Source: an uncultured Peptococcaceae bacterium
Lineage (GTDB): Bacteria; Bacillota; Dehalobacteriia; UBA4068; UBA4997
Direction: 5' to 3'
Assembly (NCBI GenBank): GCA_964569265.1
Contig: CAZMTO010000006.1
Location: 2,366 to 66,365, forward strand
DNA length: 64,000 nt
The translations under genes and the position numbers were made by a program. Below are positions 1 through 9,800 of the stretch, piece after piece. Below the pieces are notes generated by a model, which saw nothing but the letters and a program-made list of their open reading frames with translations, did not search any database and was not told the DNA's origin. The first letter of the stretch is position 1; each line of letters opens with the position of its first letter.

Positions 1-838
1 AAGCGGCATTTATATGTCTCCCGTATTTAACGGAAAAGTAGAACCAATCACTCTTAAAGATGAGTTTGGAGAAATAAACTTTTACATGCTTCCATTTGTA
101 AAGCCATCACATGTTCGCAGGTTTTATCCTGATGATAATATCGAAACTTATACCGACGCGATTAAGGTGGTGGTTGACCACATGAACATTGACGCCACCA
201 AGCGTAATGTTTTAATCACGCACCAATTCGCGACCGGTGCCGTGCGCACGGATTCGGAAGATATTTCGGTCGGCGGTACAGATAATGTGGATGTCAGTGT
301 TTTTGCAGACTTTGACTATGTGGCTCTGGGGCATATTCATAGAGCGCAAAAGTGCGGAAGTGATTTTGTTCGTTACAGCGGAACACCGCTGAAATACTCT
401 TTTTCCGAAGCAAACGACACTAAAACGGTAACAATTGTGGAACTAAATGCCAAGAGCGATACAAAACTGTCATTTTGTCCGCTTATTCCCAAGCGTGATT
501 TGGTCGAAATCAAGGGCTCGTACAATGATCTTACGCTGAAAAGCTTCTATGACGGGACTTCTTATGCAGAGGATTATATGCACATCACACTGACCGATGA
601 AGAAGATATCCCGGATGTATTGACAAAACTGCGCGTAATCTACAAAAATATCATGAAACTGGATTATGATAATCTGCGCACTCGCCATTCAACCGCTATC
701 AGCGCAGCATCGGATATTAAGAGCAAAACACCCCTTGAACATTTTGGCGAGTTTTACGAAATGCAAAATGGACAATGTATGAACGATGAGCAGGTTGCGT
801 TTATGACACGCCTAATCGAAGAAATATGGGAGGGATAA
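1..838 (+). CDS. sbcD: Exonuclease SbcCD subunit D (5'-partial; the frame is open to the window edge)
   Basis: Metallophosphoesterase motifs (THQF, DYVALGHIH, RYSGTPLKYSFSE); lies directly upstream of sbcC. Confidence 0.93.
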   Translation, partial: SGIYMSPVFNGKVEPITLKDEFGEINFYMLPFVKPSHVRRFYPDDNIETYTDAIKVVVDHMNIDATKRNVLITHQFATGAVRTDSEDISVGGTDNVDVSVFADFDYVALGHIHRAQKCGSDFVRYSGTPLKYSFSEANDTKTVTIVELNAKSDTKLSFCPLIPKRDLVEIKGSYNDLTLKSFYDGTSYAEDYMHITLTDEEDIPDVLTKLRVIYKNIMKLDYDNLRTRHSTAISAASDIKSKTPLEHFGEFYEMQNGQCMNDEQVAFMTRLIEEIWEG

Positions 839-841
839 TGA

Positions 842-3607
842 ATGAGACCCCTGGAATTGAAAATATCGGCATTCGGGCCCTATGCAGGTATCGCCGAATT
901 TGATTTTAAGAAACTCGGAACCAGCGGATTATACCTGATTACCGGCGATACCGGTGCTGGAAAAACAACCATTTTTGATGCCATCACCTATGCGCTGTAT
1001 GGCGATCCAAGCGGCGACAATCGTGAAGCTTCTATGCTTAGGTCTAAATACGCCGATGCATCTACCCCGACAGAAGTCGAATTAAAGTTCAGTTATTATG
1101 GAAAAGAATATATCGTAAAGCGTAATCCTACATACGAAAGAGCCAGCAAGAAGGGTTCTGGCATGACAGAGCAAACTGCCAATGCAGAGTTCATCTACCC
1201 CGATGGCAGAGTAATTTCTAAGATTAAGGATGTAGATAACGCAGTAAAATCCGTAATCGGCATTGACAAAAAACAATTTTGTCAAATTGCCATGATTGCC
1301 CAGGGCGATTTTCTGAAATTGCTGCTGGCTCCTACAACAGAAAGAAAAATAATCTTCCGACAAATCTTCAAAACAGAGCTTTTCTCAAATTTGCAGGAAA
1401 GGCTGAAAAAGGAATCCGGCGCACTGTCAGACGAATGTATAACCATAAAGCGAAGCATCGCGCAATATATCAATGGCATTGTGTGTGATGAGAATTCTGT
1501 TGTCTCGCTTGAAGTTAAAAAAGCAAAAAACGGCGATTTAACAACAGAGGATACGGTTGCGCTAATTGAGAAATTGATTTCGGACGATGAGGAAGCGGAA
1601 AAGACACTGACAGATCAAAAGGAGAATTTGCAAAAAGAACTCGACGAGATTAAAGCTCTGATTGCAAAAGCAAATGACATCACAGCGGCGAAAAAAGATT
1701 TGGATAAGAATGAAGCTGACTTTGCGAACGCAACAAAAGAGAGAACTTCTATCCAGAAAACCTATGACGATGAAAAAGCAAAAGAGCCTCAGATTAAAGC
1801 ACTAAGCGAAGAAATCGCCAACATCAAAGCGACACTGCCGGAATATGATGAACTTGCCGAAAAGCAAAACACGGTTCATAACAACCATACATTCATCAAT
1901 ACTGCAATGCAAAAAGAAAAAGAATTAAATAATCTTATTTCAACGCTCACGAAGGAAATCAAGGCACTGACGGAAGAAGAAACGACGCTGCAAACTGCCA
2001 GAGAAGAAAAGATTAGGTTAGAAAATAAGAAACAGGACTTAAAGACACAATCCGATAATCTGACAACATTGCAACAAGATATTCTTGCGTTTAAAGCAGC
2101 AAAGAAAACCTACCTTGACGCTGTTCAGGAGTATAAAGAAAAAGCTAATGTTGCATCCGCTGCCGATACAGAATTACAAAACCAAAACAAAGCGTACCTT
2201 GACGCACAGGCCGGGATCCTTGCAGATACTTTAGTACACGGCACTCCCTGTCCTGTATGCGGCTCAACCGTACACCCCATGCTTGCGGTAAAACCCCAAA
2301 ATGCACCCACAAAAAACGAATTGGATCAATTGCAAATCCAGGCAAACAAAGCAAACGATGCTGCCAAGAATGCCAGTATACACGCCGGTATGTTGAAAGG
2401 CACTTCTGATGAAAAAGAAAAAAGCGTCAACGAAGAAATTGTTCGTTTATTGGGAGAAATCAGCATTGAGAATGTTTCCGATTCAATAAACCATAAACTC
2501 GCAGAGATTGTCTCCGAGATAAAAGCAATTAACTCGAGAATTGCGGACGAACAAAATAAAATCGACCGCAAAGCTGAGATCAATACGTTGATCCCGCAAA
2601 AAAAGAAAGAAACGGAAGATGCGCAAAATAAGTCTTCTGATCTTCATAGTCAGTTATCTGCCAAGCAGGGTGAAAATACAACGCTGGAAGATAGAATTTC
2701 GAAACTAAAAGAAAAACTTTCCTTCGAATCAAAAGATAAGGCAGAACAAAAGATTTCCGAGCTTACTGAAAGGAGCGAGAAAATAAGCGAAGCCATTAAC
2801 TCTGCGCAACAAAATCTCACCAAATGTGATGAAGAACTTGCGTCACTTGTATCCGCCAAAAAAGAAATTCGAAAGCGTTTAGACGGTGCCGTAGATATTG
2901 ATCTCAAGCAGGTATCCGCAAAGCAAACCAATATTGAAAGTCAACTCACAGAAATTGAAAACAAGGAAAAAATACTTTACAGCAGAATTTCTGCAAACAA
3001 GGATTGTTTGAAAAACATCAAAATGACAGCCGGGGACTTAATCGCTACAGAGCACAAATATTCATGGGTTAAGGCTCTTTCAAACACAGCCAACGGCAAT
3101 ATATCCGGCAAAGAAAAAATCATGCTTGAGACATACATCCAGATGAATTACTTTGACCGGATTATTGCACGAGCTAATTCGAGGCTGATGATTATGACAG
3201 ATGGCCAGTATGATTTGGTTCGTTGCAAAGAAGCACTAACGAAGCAAGGACAGAGCGGTTTGGATCTGGACGTCATCGACCATTATAACGGCAGTCAGCG
3301 AAGCGTAAAAACTCTTTCCGGCGGCGAGTCTTTCAAGGCATCGCTTGCGCTTGCACTCGGCCTTTCTGATGAGATTCAATCCTCGGCCGGCGGTATTAAA
3401 TTGGATACCATGTTTGTTGATGAAGGCTTTGGCTCACTAGATGAAGATTCCCTATCTCAGGCGATCAAAGCACTTACTTCTTTGGCTAATAACAACCGCC
3501 TTGTTGGTATCATCTCTCATGTAGGAGAGCTAAAGCAGAAAATCGATAAACAAATCCTGGTTACAAAAGACAAGTCTGGCGGCAGTAAAGCTGAGATTAT
3601 TGTATAG
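842..3607 (+). CDS. sbcC: SMC-like exonuclease SbcCD subunit C
   Basis: Walker A GDTGAGKT, long coiled coil with CPVCG zinc hook, signature LSGGE, Walker B MFVDEGFGSLD. Confidence 0.95.
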   Translation: MRPLELKISAFGPYAGIAEFDFKKLGTSGLYLITGDTGAGKTTIFDAITYALYGDPSGDNREASMLRSKYADASTPTEVELKFSYYGKEYIVKRNPTYERASKKGSGMTEQTANAEFIYPDGRVISKIKDVDNAVKSVIGIDKKQFCQIAMIAQGDFLKLLLAPTTERKIIFRQIFKTELFSNLQERLKKESGALSDECITIKRSIAQYINGIVCDENSVVSLEVKKAKNGDLTTEDTVALIEKLISDDEEAEKTLTDQKENLQKELDEIKALIAKANDITAAKKDLDKNEADFANATKERTSIQKTYDDEKAKEPQIKALSEEIANIKATLPEYDELAEKQNTVHNNHTFINTAMQKEKELNNLISTLTKEIKALTEEETTLQTAREEKIRLENKKQDLKTQSDNLTTLQQDILAFKAAKKTYLDAVQEYKEKANVASAADTELQNQNKAYLDAQAGILADTLVHGTPCPVCGSTVHPMLAVKPQNAPTKNELDQLQIQANKANDAAKNASIHAGMLKGTSDEKEKSVNEEIVRLLGEISIENVSDSINHKLAEIVSEIKAINSRIADEQNKIDRKAEINTLIPQKKKETEDAQNKSSDLHSQLSAKQGENTTLEDRISKLKEKLSFESKDKAEQKISELTERSEKISEAINSAQQNLTKCDEELASLVSAKKEIRKRLDGAVDIDLKQVSAKQTNIESQLTEIENKEKILYSRISANKDCLKNIKMTAGDLIATEHKYSWVKALSNTANGNISGKEKIMLETYIQMNYFDRIIARANSRLMIMTDGQYDLVRCKEALTKQGQSGLDLDVIDHYNGSQRSVKTLSGGESFKASLALALGLSDEIQSSAGGIKLDTMFVDEGFGSLDEDSLSQAIKALTSLANNNRLVGIISHVGELKQKIDKQILVTKDKSGGSKAEIIV

Positions 3608-3700
3608 GCAATCTTCCGATTAAGAACTCTTGATTTAAGTCAAACGCTTACCGGTTCGGTCAATAAAAACTCGGATACTATGATCCGATACTTTGAAATG

Positions 3701-3746
3701 ATAAAAGCGTCCATTGATTTCCTCAGAAGTCAATGAACGCTTTTAT
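3701..3746. terminator. Bidirectional intrinsic terminator
   Basis: Inverted repeat ATAAAAGCGTCCATTGATTT / AAGTCAATGAACGCTTTTAT downstream of sbcC. Confidence 0.8.
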
Positions 3747-4034
3747 GCGTTATTCAGTTTTAATGCTGCTCCTCCTTTCGCAGCTCGTGGGCTGTCGTGA
3801 TGGCAGCTCATCACAGATTGGGTATCGTGAAGTTGGACAAAATCAGCGAAAACCCCGTGTTTTCAAGGCTTTTGACCTTTGCCCCTATTATAACAGAACA
3901 GTCTATACGGCGCACAATACCTGTTGCTTTCATATTTCGCGCTCCTTTTTCATAAAATCACTTTACGTACATAGTTTTTGCAATAGCGTAAATTTTATAC
4001 AAAGAACGCGCAAAAATCAGGTTGCACAAATTTT

Positions 4035-5057
4035 TTAATACCGTGGAATTTCCGCCTGTTCGCTGCGTGCTGCATCAGCAAAGTCTTGCGGCAGCTTTAT
4101 CTGCATATACTCAAAGTCGGCATAAAGTGATACCGTGCCATCAATGTCGTAGCTTTTGCGCTGCTTCATATTGCCCTGCTCGTCATACACATATTCCACA
4201 CGCCGTTCCGGGTAATCGCCTGCCTGCCCAATAACGCTGCTAAGGCATCGGCCCTGCTCATCATAGGTATAATTATACCAAATTTGCAGCATATCACCTA
4301 CGTAATATTTTTGGCTAAGCATATTGCCGGCCGTATCATATTCATACTTGATGCAGCTTTGGGCATCGCCATTATCCGGCGTACTAAGCTCTTGCAGCAA
4401 ATTGCCTGTTTCATCATAAACATAATCCGTGGTGCTGCCAACAGTGCCCGCCGCAGCATAAACATAGCTGTTTTTACTGCCGTCATCGTTGTAGGTACAG
4501 GCTTCGTACCATTCGCGCTCGCCATTGCCAAAATAGTGGCTGCCCTCTGTCATATTGCCCTGCGCATCATTAACAAATTCGCTGTAATATATGGTTGTGC
4601 CGTCATCGCTAAGCAAACGGTTGCCCACCAAAAAGCCGTTATCGTCATAAGCGTTTTCCATATGGCTGTACAGCAGCGGTTCATCATTACCGCCATCCAT
4701 ACGGTATTCTGTTATCGCAAGCGGTTTGCCGTCATCAGTATAGGTCTGCTCCACATAGCCGGTCTGTTTGCCGTTATCGTAATAATCCGTGCGACAAAGC
4801 CGCCCTGCCGCATCGTAGCTAAATTCCGTCAGCCGCTCCGGCTCATCTGCATACACCTGCACCTCGCTTATACGCCGCCCGGCTTCATTGTAACTGTGTA
4901 TCACCTCCAGCACCTTTGTACCATCGGCATTATAGGTCACCTGCCCGGTCAGCAACGATACCTGCTCCGCCCCGGTCTGCACATCGCCGGCATCACCACA
5001 CGCCGCCAGGCCCGGCAGCAGCACACCGCACATCAACATACACAAAATTTTACGCAT
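4035..5057 (-). CDS. YD/RHS-like repeat lipoprotein (paralog 1)
   Basis: Signal peptide with lipobox LAAC; roughly a dozen ~24 aa Y-x-YD-xx-G repeats; start set at MRKIL by comparison with paralog 2. Confidence 0.8.
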   Translation of the reverse strand: MRKILCMLMCGVLLPGLAACGDAGDVQTGAEQVSLLTGQVTYNADGTKVLEVIHSYNEAGRRISEVQVYADEPERLTEFSYDAAGRLCRTDYYDNGKQTGYVEQTYTDDGKPLAITEYRMDGGNDEPLLYSHMENAYDDNGFLVGNRLLSDDGTTIYYSEFVNDAQGNMTEGSHYFGNGEREWYEACTYNDDGSKNSYVYAAAGTVGSTTDYVYDETGNLLQELSTPDNGDAQSCIKYEYDTAGNMLSQKYYVGDMLQIWYNYTYDEQGRCLSSVIGQAGDYPERRVEYVYDEQGNMKQRKSYDIDGTVSLYADFEYMQIKLPQDFADAARSEQAEIPRY

Positions 5058-5117
5058 TTTACACAACATATTAAATTTCTCCCTTTATATACGTTATATT
5101 TCTGCAAGTTTTATGTT

Positions 5118-6149
5118 TTACATACCTGCCAATATCTCCGCCTGCTGTTCCTTAACCTGCGCCAAGCGGTCAGTCGGCACGGCAACTTCCACATAAGAAT
5201 ATTCTACGCTGCTGTACACCCGGCCGCTTTCGTCAACCAGCTCTCTTTTTTGCAAATTGCCATTTTCGTCATACACATAGCGGTATTCATCTGCCCACGC
5301 ACCGGCGTCCGGCCCGCCAATATAGTATATTTGCCCGGTTTTGCGCCCGGCTTCATCATAAGTATAGTCGGTGTAATCCAAAATTTCGTCGGTATTCGGG
5401 TGTTTAACTATCTGGCGCAGCATATTGCCCTGCTCATCATACTCGTACAGTATTTCACTCATATCGTTTTCATTATGCCGGCCACCGCTTACACGCACCT
5501 TGTTGCCAAACTCATCATAGGCTGTATCGTAGCTGTAAATCACCGCACCATCGCCGTCATACTGCCGATACGCCACGTTCTGCCCGGCCTCGTCATAAGT
5601 CCATTCCACACGCCCTTTCAGCGTACCGTCGGCGTTTTTGTTAACGGCATAAAGCAAATTATCCTGCCCGTCATAAACAATATGCGCTGTGTAGCTCACT
5701 GCGCCGTCATCATCATACCACACGCTATCCTGGTATTTTGCGCCGTCCTCATACACAGTGATAATCTCGCCGCTCAAATGTCTGTCCTCGTCGGCACCCT
5801 CCCAATTACGCACACTAACATTGCGCCCGGCCTCATCATAGCCGTATTCCTTATCGTTTCGGCTGCCATCAGCAAAAATATCACCGGTAAGCTTAAGCGT
5901 GCCGTCATCATTATAAGCATAGCTGCGGCTGCTTGTGACTTCACCGTTCGCATTCAGCCAACTTGTATTCGCCAAAGTGCCATCTTCGTTATACTCCCAA
6001 GTCCGGCTGTTCTCCACCGTGCCGTCGTCCGCATATTTAACCTCCTGCGTCAAAAGCCACATATGTTCTCCCGTCTGCCCGGCATCGTCACACGCCGCCA
6101 AGCCAAGCGCCAGCACACCGCACATCAGCATACACAAAATTTTCTTCAT
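5118..6149 (-). CDS. YD/RHS-like repeat lipoprotein (paralog 2)
   Basis: MKKILCMLMCGVLALGLAAC lipoprotein signal; repeated YxYDExG motifs. Confidence 0.82.
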   Translation of the reverse strand: MKKILCMLMCGVLALGLAACDDAGQTGEHMWLLTQEVKYADDGTVENSRTWEYNEDGTLANTSWLNANGEVTSSRSYAYNDDGTLKLTGDIFADGSRNDKEYGYDEAGRNVSVRNWEGADEDRHLSGEIITVYEDGAKYQDSVWYDDDGAVSYTAHIVYDGQDNLLYAVNKNADGTLKGRVEWTYDEAGQNVAYRQYDGDGAVIYSYDTAYDEFGNKVRVSGGRHNENDMSEILYEYDEQGNMLRQIVKHPNTDEILDYTDYTYDEAGRKTGQIYYIGGPDAGAWADEYRYVYDENGNLQKRELVDESGRVYSSVEYSYVEVAVPTDRLAQVKEQQAEILAGM

Positions 6150-6169
6150 AACCGTACCCCCATTTTCAC

Positions 6170-7153
6170 TTAAAACTCCAACTCAAACCATTCATTGTCC
6201 GATATCTCATATCGTTGCTGCAAATTCCTCGGCAGCAGCACCGTTTTGTATTTATATTCAATGTGCGTTTCAGCTTCGTCGCCGTATTGGCTGTACTGCG
6301 CAATAACATTGCCGCTTTCGTCATATTCATACCTGATACGTTCATACCAGCCGTCGGCATAATAGTTGTACATACCTACGCAGCGGCCCTGCTCATCATA
6401 CTCCCGGCGCTTATCAGCTACCATACCGCCGGGGGTATTTTCGGTTTCGCTCAATTTGTTGCCGTTTTCGTCATAGGTAAAGGTTTGCCAACGTAACAGC
6501 CCGTCATAAATGTCGTAAGTTTCCACGCTCATCAGGCGCCCGGCAACATCATATTTATATTCCTGCCGGCTTACCAATGCTCCCGCCAAAGCATATTGCT
6601 CGCGGCGCACCAAAAGGTCACCGTCATATTTGTAAACCACCGAACTGTTCAGCTCGCCACGGCCGTTAAAGCTCTTTTCGCTCACGCGCCGCCCCTGCTC
6701 ATCATAACCGTAATAAAAAACGTCCCCCACCGTACCGTCAGCCCAAATCTGCCGATAACTCAGGCGGTTATTATCATCATCATATGTATATTCGCCGCCG
6801 GCTTTATCACCGCTATAGTTTTTGTAGGCCAACAAATTGCCGCGCTCATCGTAGCTATACTCACGTTCCAACACCGTATTGCCGTCTTTGCCGTTTTCCG
6901 TGCGCACAAGCTGCCCCGCCTTGTTAAAAACATACCGCATATGCCACTTTGTTGCTGCGTTGCCGTTGCTGACGCCTATTTTCTGCACCACATTCGGCTC
7001 AATCACAAAATCATAGCTGTTAAACCAGTAACATTCGCCCTGCTCGTTGTAATTCGCCTCATACGCCACCACATCCGCAGGTTCAAATTCACAGGCAGCG
7101 CCACCCAGCCCCGTTATCAGCGCCACCGCGCACAATAACATTAACATAAGCAC
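6170..7153 (-). CDS. YD/RHS-like repeat secreted protein or lipoprotein (paralog 3)
   Basis: Hydrophobic N-terminus ending GAAC; repeated YxYDExG motifs; C-terminal YxYxxVxLP motif shared with paralogs 1 and 2. Confidence 0.78.
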   Translation of the reverse strand: MLMLMLLCAVALITGLGGAACEFEPADVVAYEANYNEQGECYWFNSYDFVIEPNVVQKIGVSNGNAATKWHMRYVFNKAGQLVRTENGKDGNTVLEREYSYDERGNLLAYKNYSGDKAGGEYTYDDDNNRLSYRQIWADGTVGDVFYYGYDEQGRRVSEKSFNGRGELNSSVVYKYDGDLLVRREQYALAGALVSRQEYKYDVAGRLMSVETYDIYDGLLRWQTFTYDENGNKLSETENTPGGMVADKRREYDEQGRCVGMYNYYADGWYERIRYEYDESGNVIAQYSQYGDEAETHIEYKYKTVLLPRNLQQRYEISDNEWFELEF

Positions 7154-7322
7154 CCCCTCCTAAAATTTTCAGCAGCATACTTTCTATCTATATCTTACAT
7201 ATATAACACACCGCGGGCAATACATAATGTGACATTTTTGCTGTAAAATTTTGCTCTTTATTATATAACCGCAAACAATGGCAAAATGTAACGCTGCTTT
7301 GCCAATTTTTTGCAAAATTTGC

Positions 7323-7363
7323 ATAAAAAGCAGCCGCCCCTTGCCGGAACAACTGCTTTTTAT
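7323..7363 (-). terminator. Intrinsic terminator of the ser operon
   Basis: ATAAAAAGCAG...CTGCTTTTTAT inverted repeat just after the DUF1015 stop codon. Confidence 0.7.
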
Positions 7364-7377
7364 TGATTATTCAGTTT

Positions 7378-8625
7378 TTAGCTTAATTTGTGGATAAACA
7401 AACCGCTTCTCAATTTAGGTTCAAACCAGGTAGACTTAGGCGGCATAACCATACCGCTGTCGGCAATCGCCATCAAATCGTCCAGCCCGGTAGGATACAT
7501 AGCAAACGCTGCGGCCCAACCGTCGGCAACTCTGGCTTCCAGCTCGCCCAAACCACGAATACCGCCAACAAAGTCAATGCGTTTATCGGTTCTGGGGTCG
7601 GCAATGCCCAACAATTTGTCCAGCACGTTGGTCTGCAAAATGCTTACGTCCAAACGCGCTACCGGGTCGTTTTCGTCAAACACACCGGGCTTTACGGCCA
7701 AATCGTACCAGCGCCCCGGCAAATACAGGCTGCAATGATGCTTTTGCTGCGGCTTGGGGCAGGTACCCTCGGCAAGCGGGGTAATTTCAAATACATCAGC
7801 CAGCTTGGCCAAAAATTCGTCCTCGGTCATCCCGTTTAAATCGTGAATAACGCGGTTATAGTCCATAATTGCCAGTTCACCCGCCGGGAAGATAACCGAC
7901 AAAAACCAGTTAAACTCCTCGCCACCGTCATAATCGGGGTGATCTTTGCGGCGCTTTTCAGCCACACGCACTGCACTGGCCGCACGGTGGTGGCCATCAG
8001 CAATATACAGGGCCGGCACATCACCAAAGGCAGCCGTCAGCCCGTCGATAACAGCGTCATCGTCAATCAACCAAACCGTATGACCAACGCCATCTTCGGC
8101 AACAAAATCATATACCGGCTTATGGTCGGCTATCCAGGCACAAATTGCAGCGCTTATAGCTTCGGCATCGCGGTAAGTCAAAAAAATCGGGCCGGTGTTG
8201 GCGTCGCACTCGTCCACGTGACGAATACGGTCTGCCTCTTTATCTGCACGGGTAAATTCGTGCTTTTTAATATTATCCTGCTGATAATCGTCTACCGCTG
8301 TGCAGGCAACCAGGCCCACCTGACGACGCCCGTCCATCTGCTGGGCGTAAATATACAGGCAAGGTTTGGCTTCCTGCTGCAAAACACCGTCTGCGGCCAT
8401 TTGCTGCAAGTTTGCAGCAGCCTTGGCATAAACCTCATCAGCATACAAATCTATTGCCGGGTCAAGGTCAATTTCTGCCTTGTCCACGTGCAAAAAAGAA
8501 TACGGATTGCCCACAACCATTTCGCGGGCTTCCTCGCTATTCATCACATCATACGGCAATGCTGCCACCTTGTCCGCCAAATCGGCACGGGGGCGCAGGG
8601 CCGCAAATGATCTGATTTTTACCAT
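7378..8625 (-). CDS. DUF1015 family protein (ParB/Srx-like fold)
   Basis: Characteristic PYDV, IADGHHR and MPPKSTWFEPKLRSGL motifs; adjacent to serA and serC. Confidence 0.9.
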   Translation of the reverse strand: MVKIRSFAALRPRADLADKVAALPYDVMNSEEAREMVVGNPYSFLHVDKAEIDLDPAIDLYADEVYAKAAANLQQMAADGVLQQEAKPCLYIYAQQMDGRRQVGLVACTAVDDYQQDNIKKHEFTRADKEADRIRHVDECDANTGPIFLTYRDAEAISAAICAWIADHKPVYDFVAEDGVGHTVWLIDDDAVIDGLTAAFGDVPALYIADGHHRAASAVRVAEKRRKDHPDYDGGEEFNWFLSVIFPAGELAIMDYNRVIHDLNGMTEDEFLAKLADVFEITPLAEGTCPKPQQKHHCSLYLPGRWYDLAVKPGVFDENDPVARLDVSILQTNVLDKLLGIADPRTDKRIDFVGGIRGLGELEARVADGWAAAFAMYPTGLDDLMAIADSGMVMPPKSTWFEPKLRSGLFIHKLS

Positions 8626-8667
8626 ATTAAACCTCCGGGGTATTTATTACTGTTATTATCGTGCAAT

Positions 8668-8788
8668 AAATTATACAACACAGCAAATGTGCCACTATTG
8701 TCACTTCCGGTCTAAAAAACCGCGCTAAGGTGGGCTTTATCTATCCCACCCACCGCCCTGCATACACCCGGCGGGCGCGGCTTTTCAG
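8668..8788 (+). repeat. Structured repeat locus A (half rod unit plus module X)
   Basis: 8668-8710 matches the right arm of the rod repeat; 8712-8788 matches 52066-52136. Confidence 0.8.
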
Positions 8789-8804
8789 CAAATTTGCCGT
8801 ATCG

Positions 8805-9701
8805 TTATTGCAGCTCTGCAAGAATAATAGAAACTATCTCGTCACCAATTCTCCCCTGTGCCTCGGCAGTAGAACCACCGATATGGGGGGTAAGAGAAAT
8901 TTTGGGATGAGTGTAAACAGCTTCGTTTTTGGTAGGTTCTTCGGCAAAAACGTCCAGTGCAGCAGCCGCAATTTTGCCGCTGTCCAAAGCTTCAATCAGG
9001 GCAGCTTCGTCAACCAAAGCACCGCGAGAAGTGTTAACCAGATATACGCCGTCTTTCATCTTGGCAATGGTGTCGGCGTTAATCAGCGGCGGCTCACCCT
9101 TGGCAGCCGGCACGTGCAGAGAGATAAAGTCAGCCTTAGCCAGCAGCTCGTCAAGACCAACAACCTCCGGTGCGGTAACATAGGGGTCATAGGCAATAAC
9201 TTCCATACCAATGCCCTTGGCCAGCTTGGCCAGCGCTTTGCCAATGCGGCCATAACCGATAATACCCAGAGTTTTGCCGCCCAGCTCAATGCCTTCGTAC
9301 TTCTTCTTGTTCCATTCGCCGTTACGCATAGTGTAGTTGGCAATGTGCAGGTAACGGGCAATAGCAAACATATGGCCCAAAGCCAGCTCGGCTACCGAAT
9401 TGCTGCTGGCAGCCGGGGTGTTGCGAACCTTAATGCCCTGTTCTTCGGCATAAGCCACATCAATGTTATCTACACCAACACCACCGCGGATAACCAGCTT
9501 TAAGCGGCCGGCTTCTTTGGCAGCATCAATTACCGGTACACGTACCTTGGTAGCCGAACGTACTACCAGCACGTCAAAATCTGCCAACTGTTTAGCCAGT
9601 TCGTCAGCTTCATAAAACTGTTCTACAACCTCGTGCCCCATTTCACGGAGCTTGGCAACGGCCGCGGCTTCCATACCGTCGGCAGCTAAAATTCTCAACA
9701 T
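8805..9701 (-). CDS. serA: D-3-phosphoglycerate dehydrogenase, short form without ACT domain
   Basis: GxGxDN, GIIGYGRIG, NTSRG, LDVFxxEP and TPHIG motifs; adjacent to serC. Confidence 0.85.
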   Translation of the reverse strand: MLRILAADGMEAAAVAKLREMGHEVVEQFYEADELAKQLADFDVLVVRSATKVRVPVIDAAKEAGRLKLVIRGGVGVDNIDVAYAEEQGIKVRNTPAASSNSVAELALGHMFAIARYLHIANYTMRNGEWNKKKYEGIELGGKTLGIIGYGRIGKALAKLAKGIGMEVIAYDPYVTAPEVVGLDELLAKADFISLHVPAAKGEPPLINADTIAKMKDGVYLVNTSRGALVDEAALIEALDSGKIAAAALDVFAEEPTKNEAVYTHPKISLTPHIGGSTAEAQGRIGDEIVSIILAELQ

Positions 9702-9800
9702 AGTTTTTCCTCCTTATTATAACATAGATTTATTATTTGCAAGTTTTTTCAATCAAGGCCGGATAAACGTTTGTCTATTACCGCCGCCACCCTTGATTAA

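Noticed and set aside
3733-4038. 101 aa plus-strand ORF with a lipobox-like LVGC
   Set aside because: It starts inside a terminator stem, has no RBS and converges on the YD gene end; probably spurious.
4284-6173. 629 aa plus-strand ORF, and similar long ORFs at 12951-15179, 45594-46847 and 59888-61273
   Set aside because: They are antisense shadows of well-supported minus-strand genes, with no recognisable motifs.
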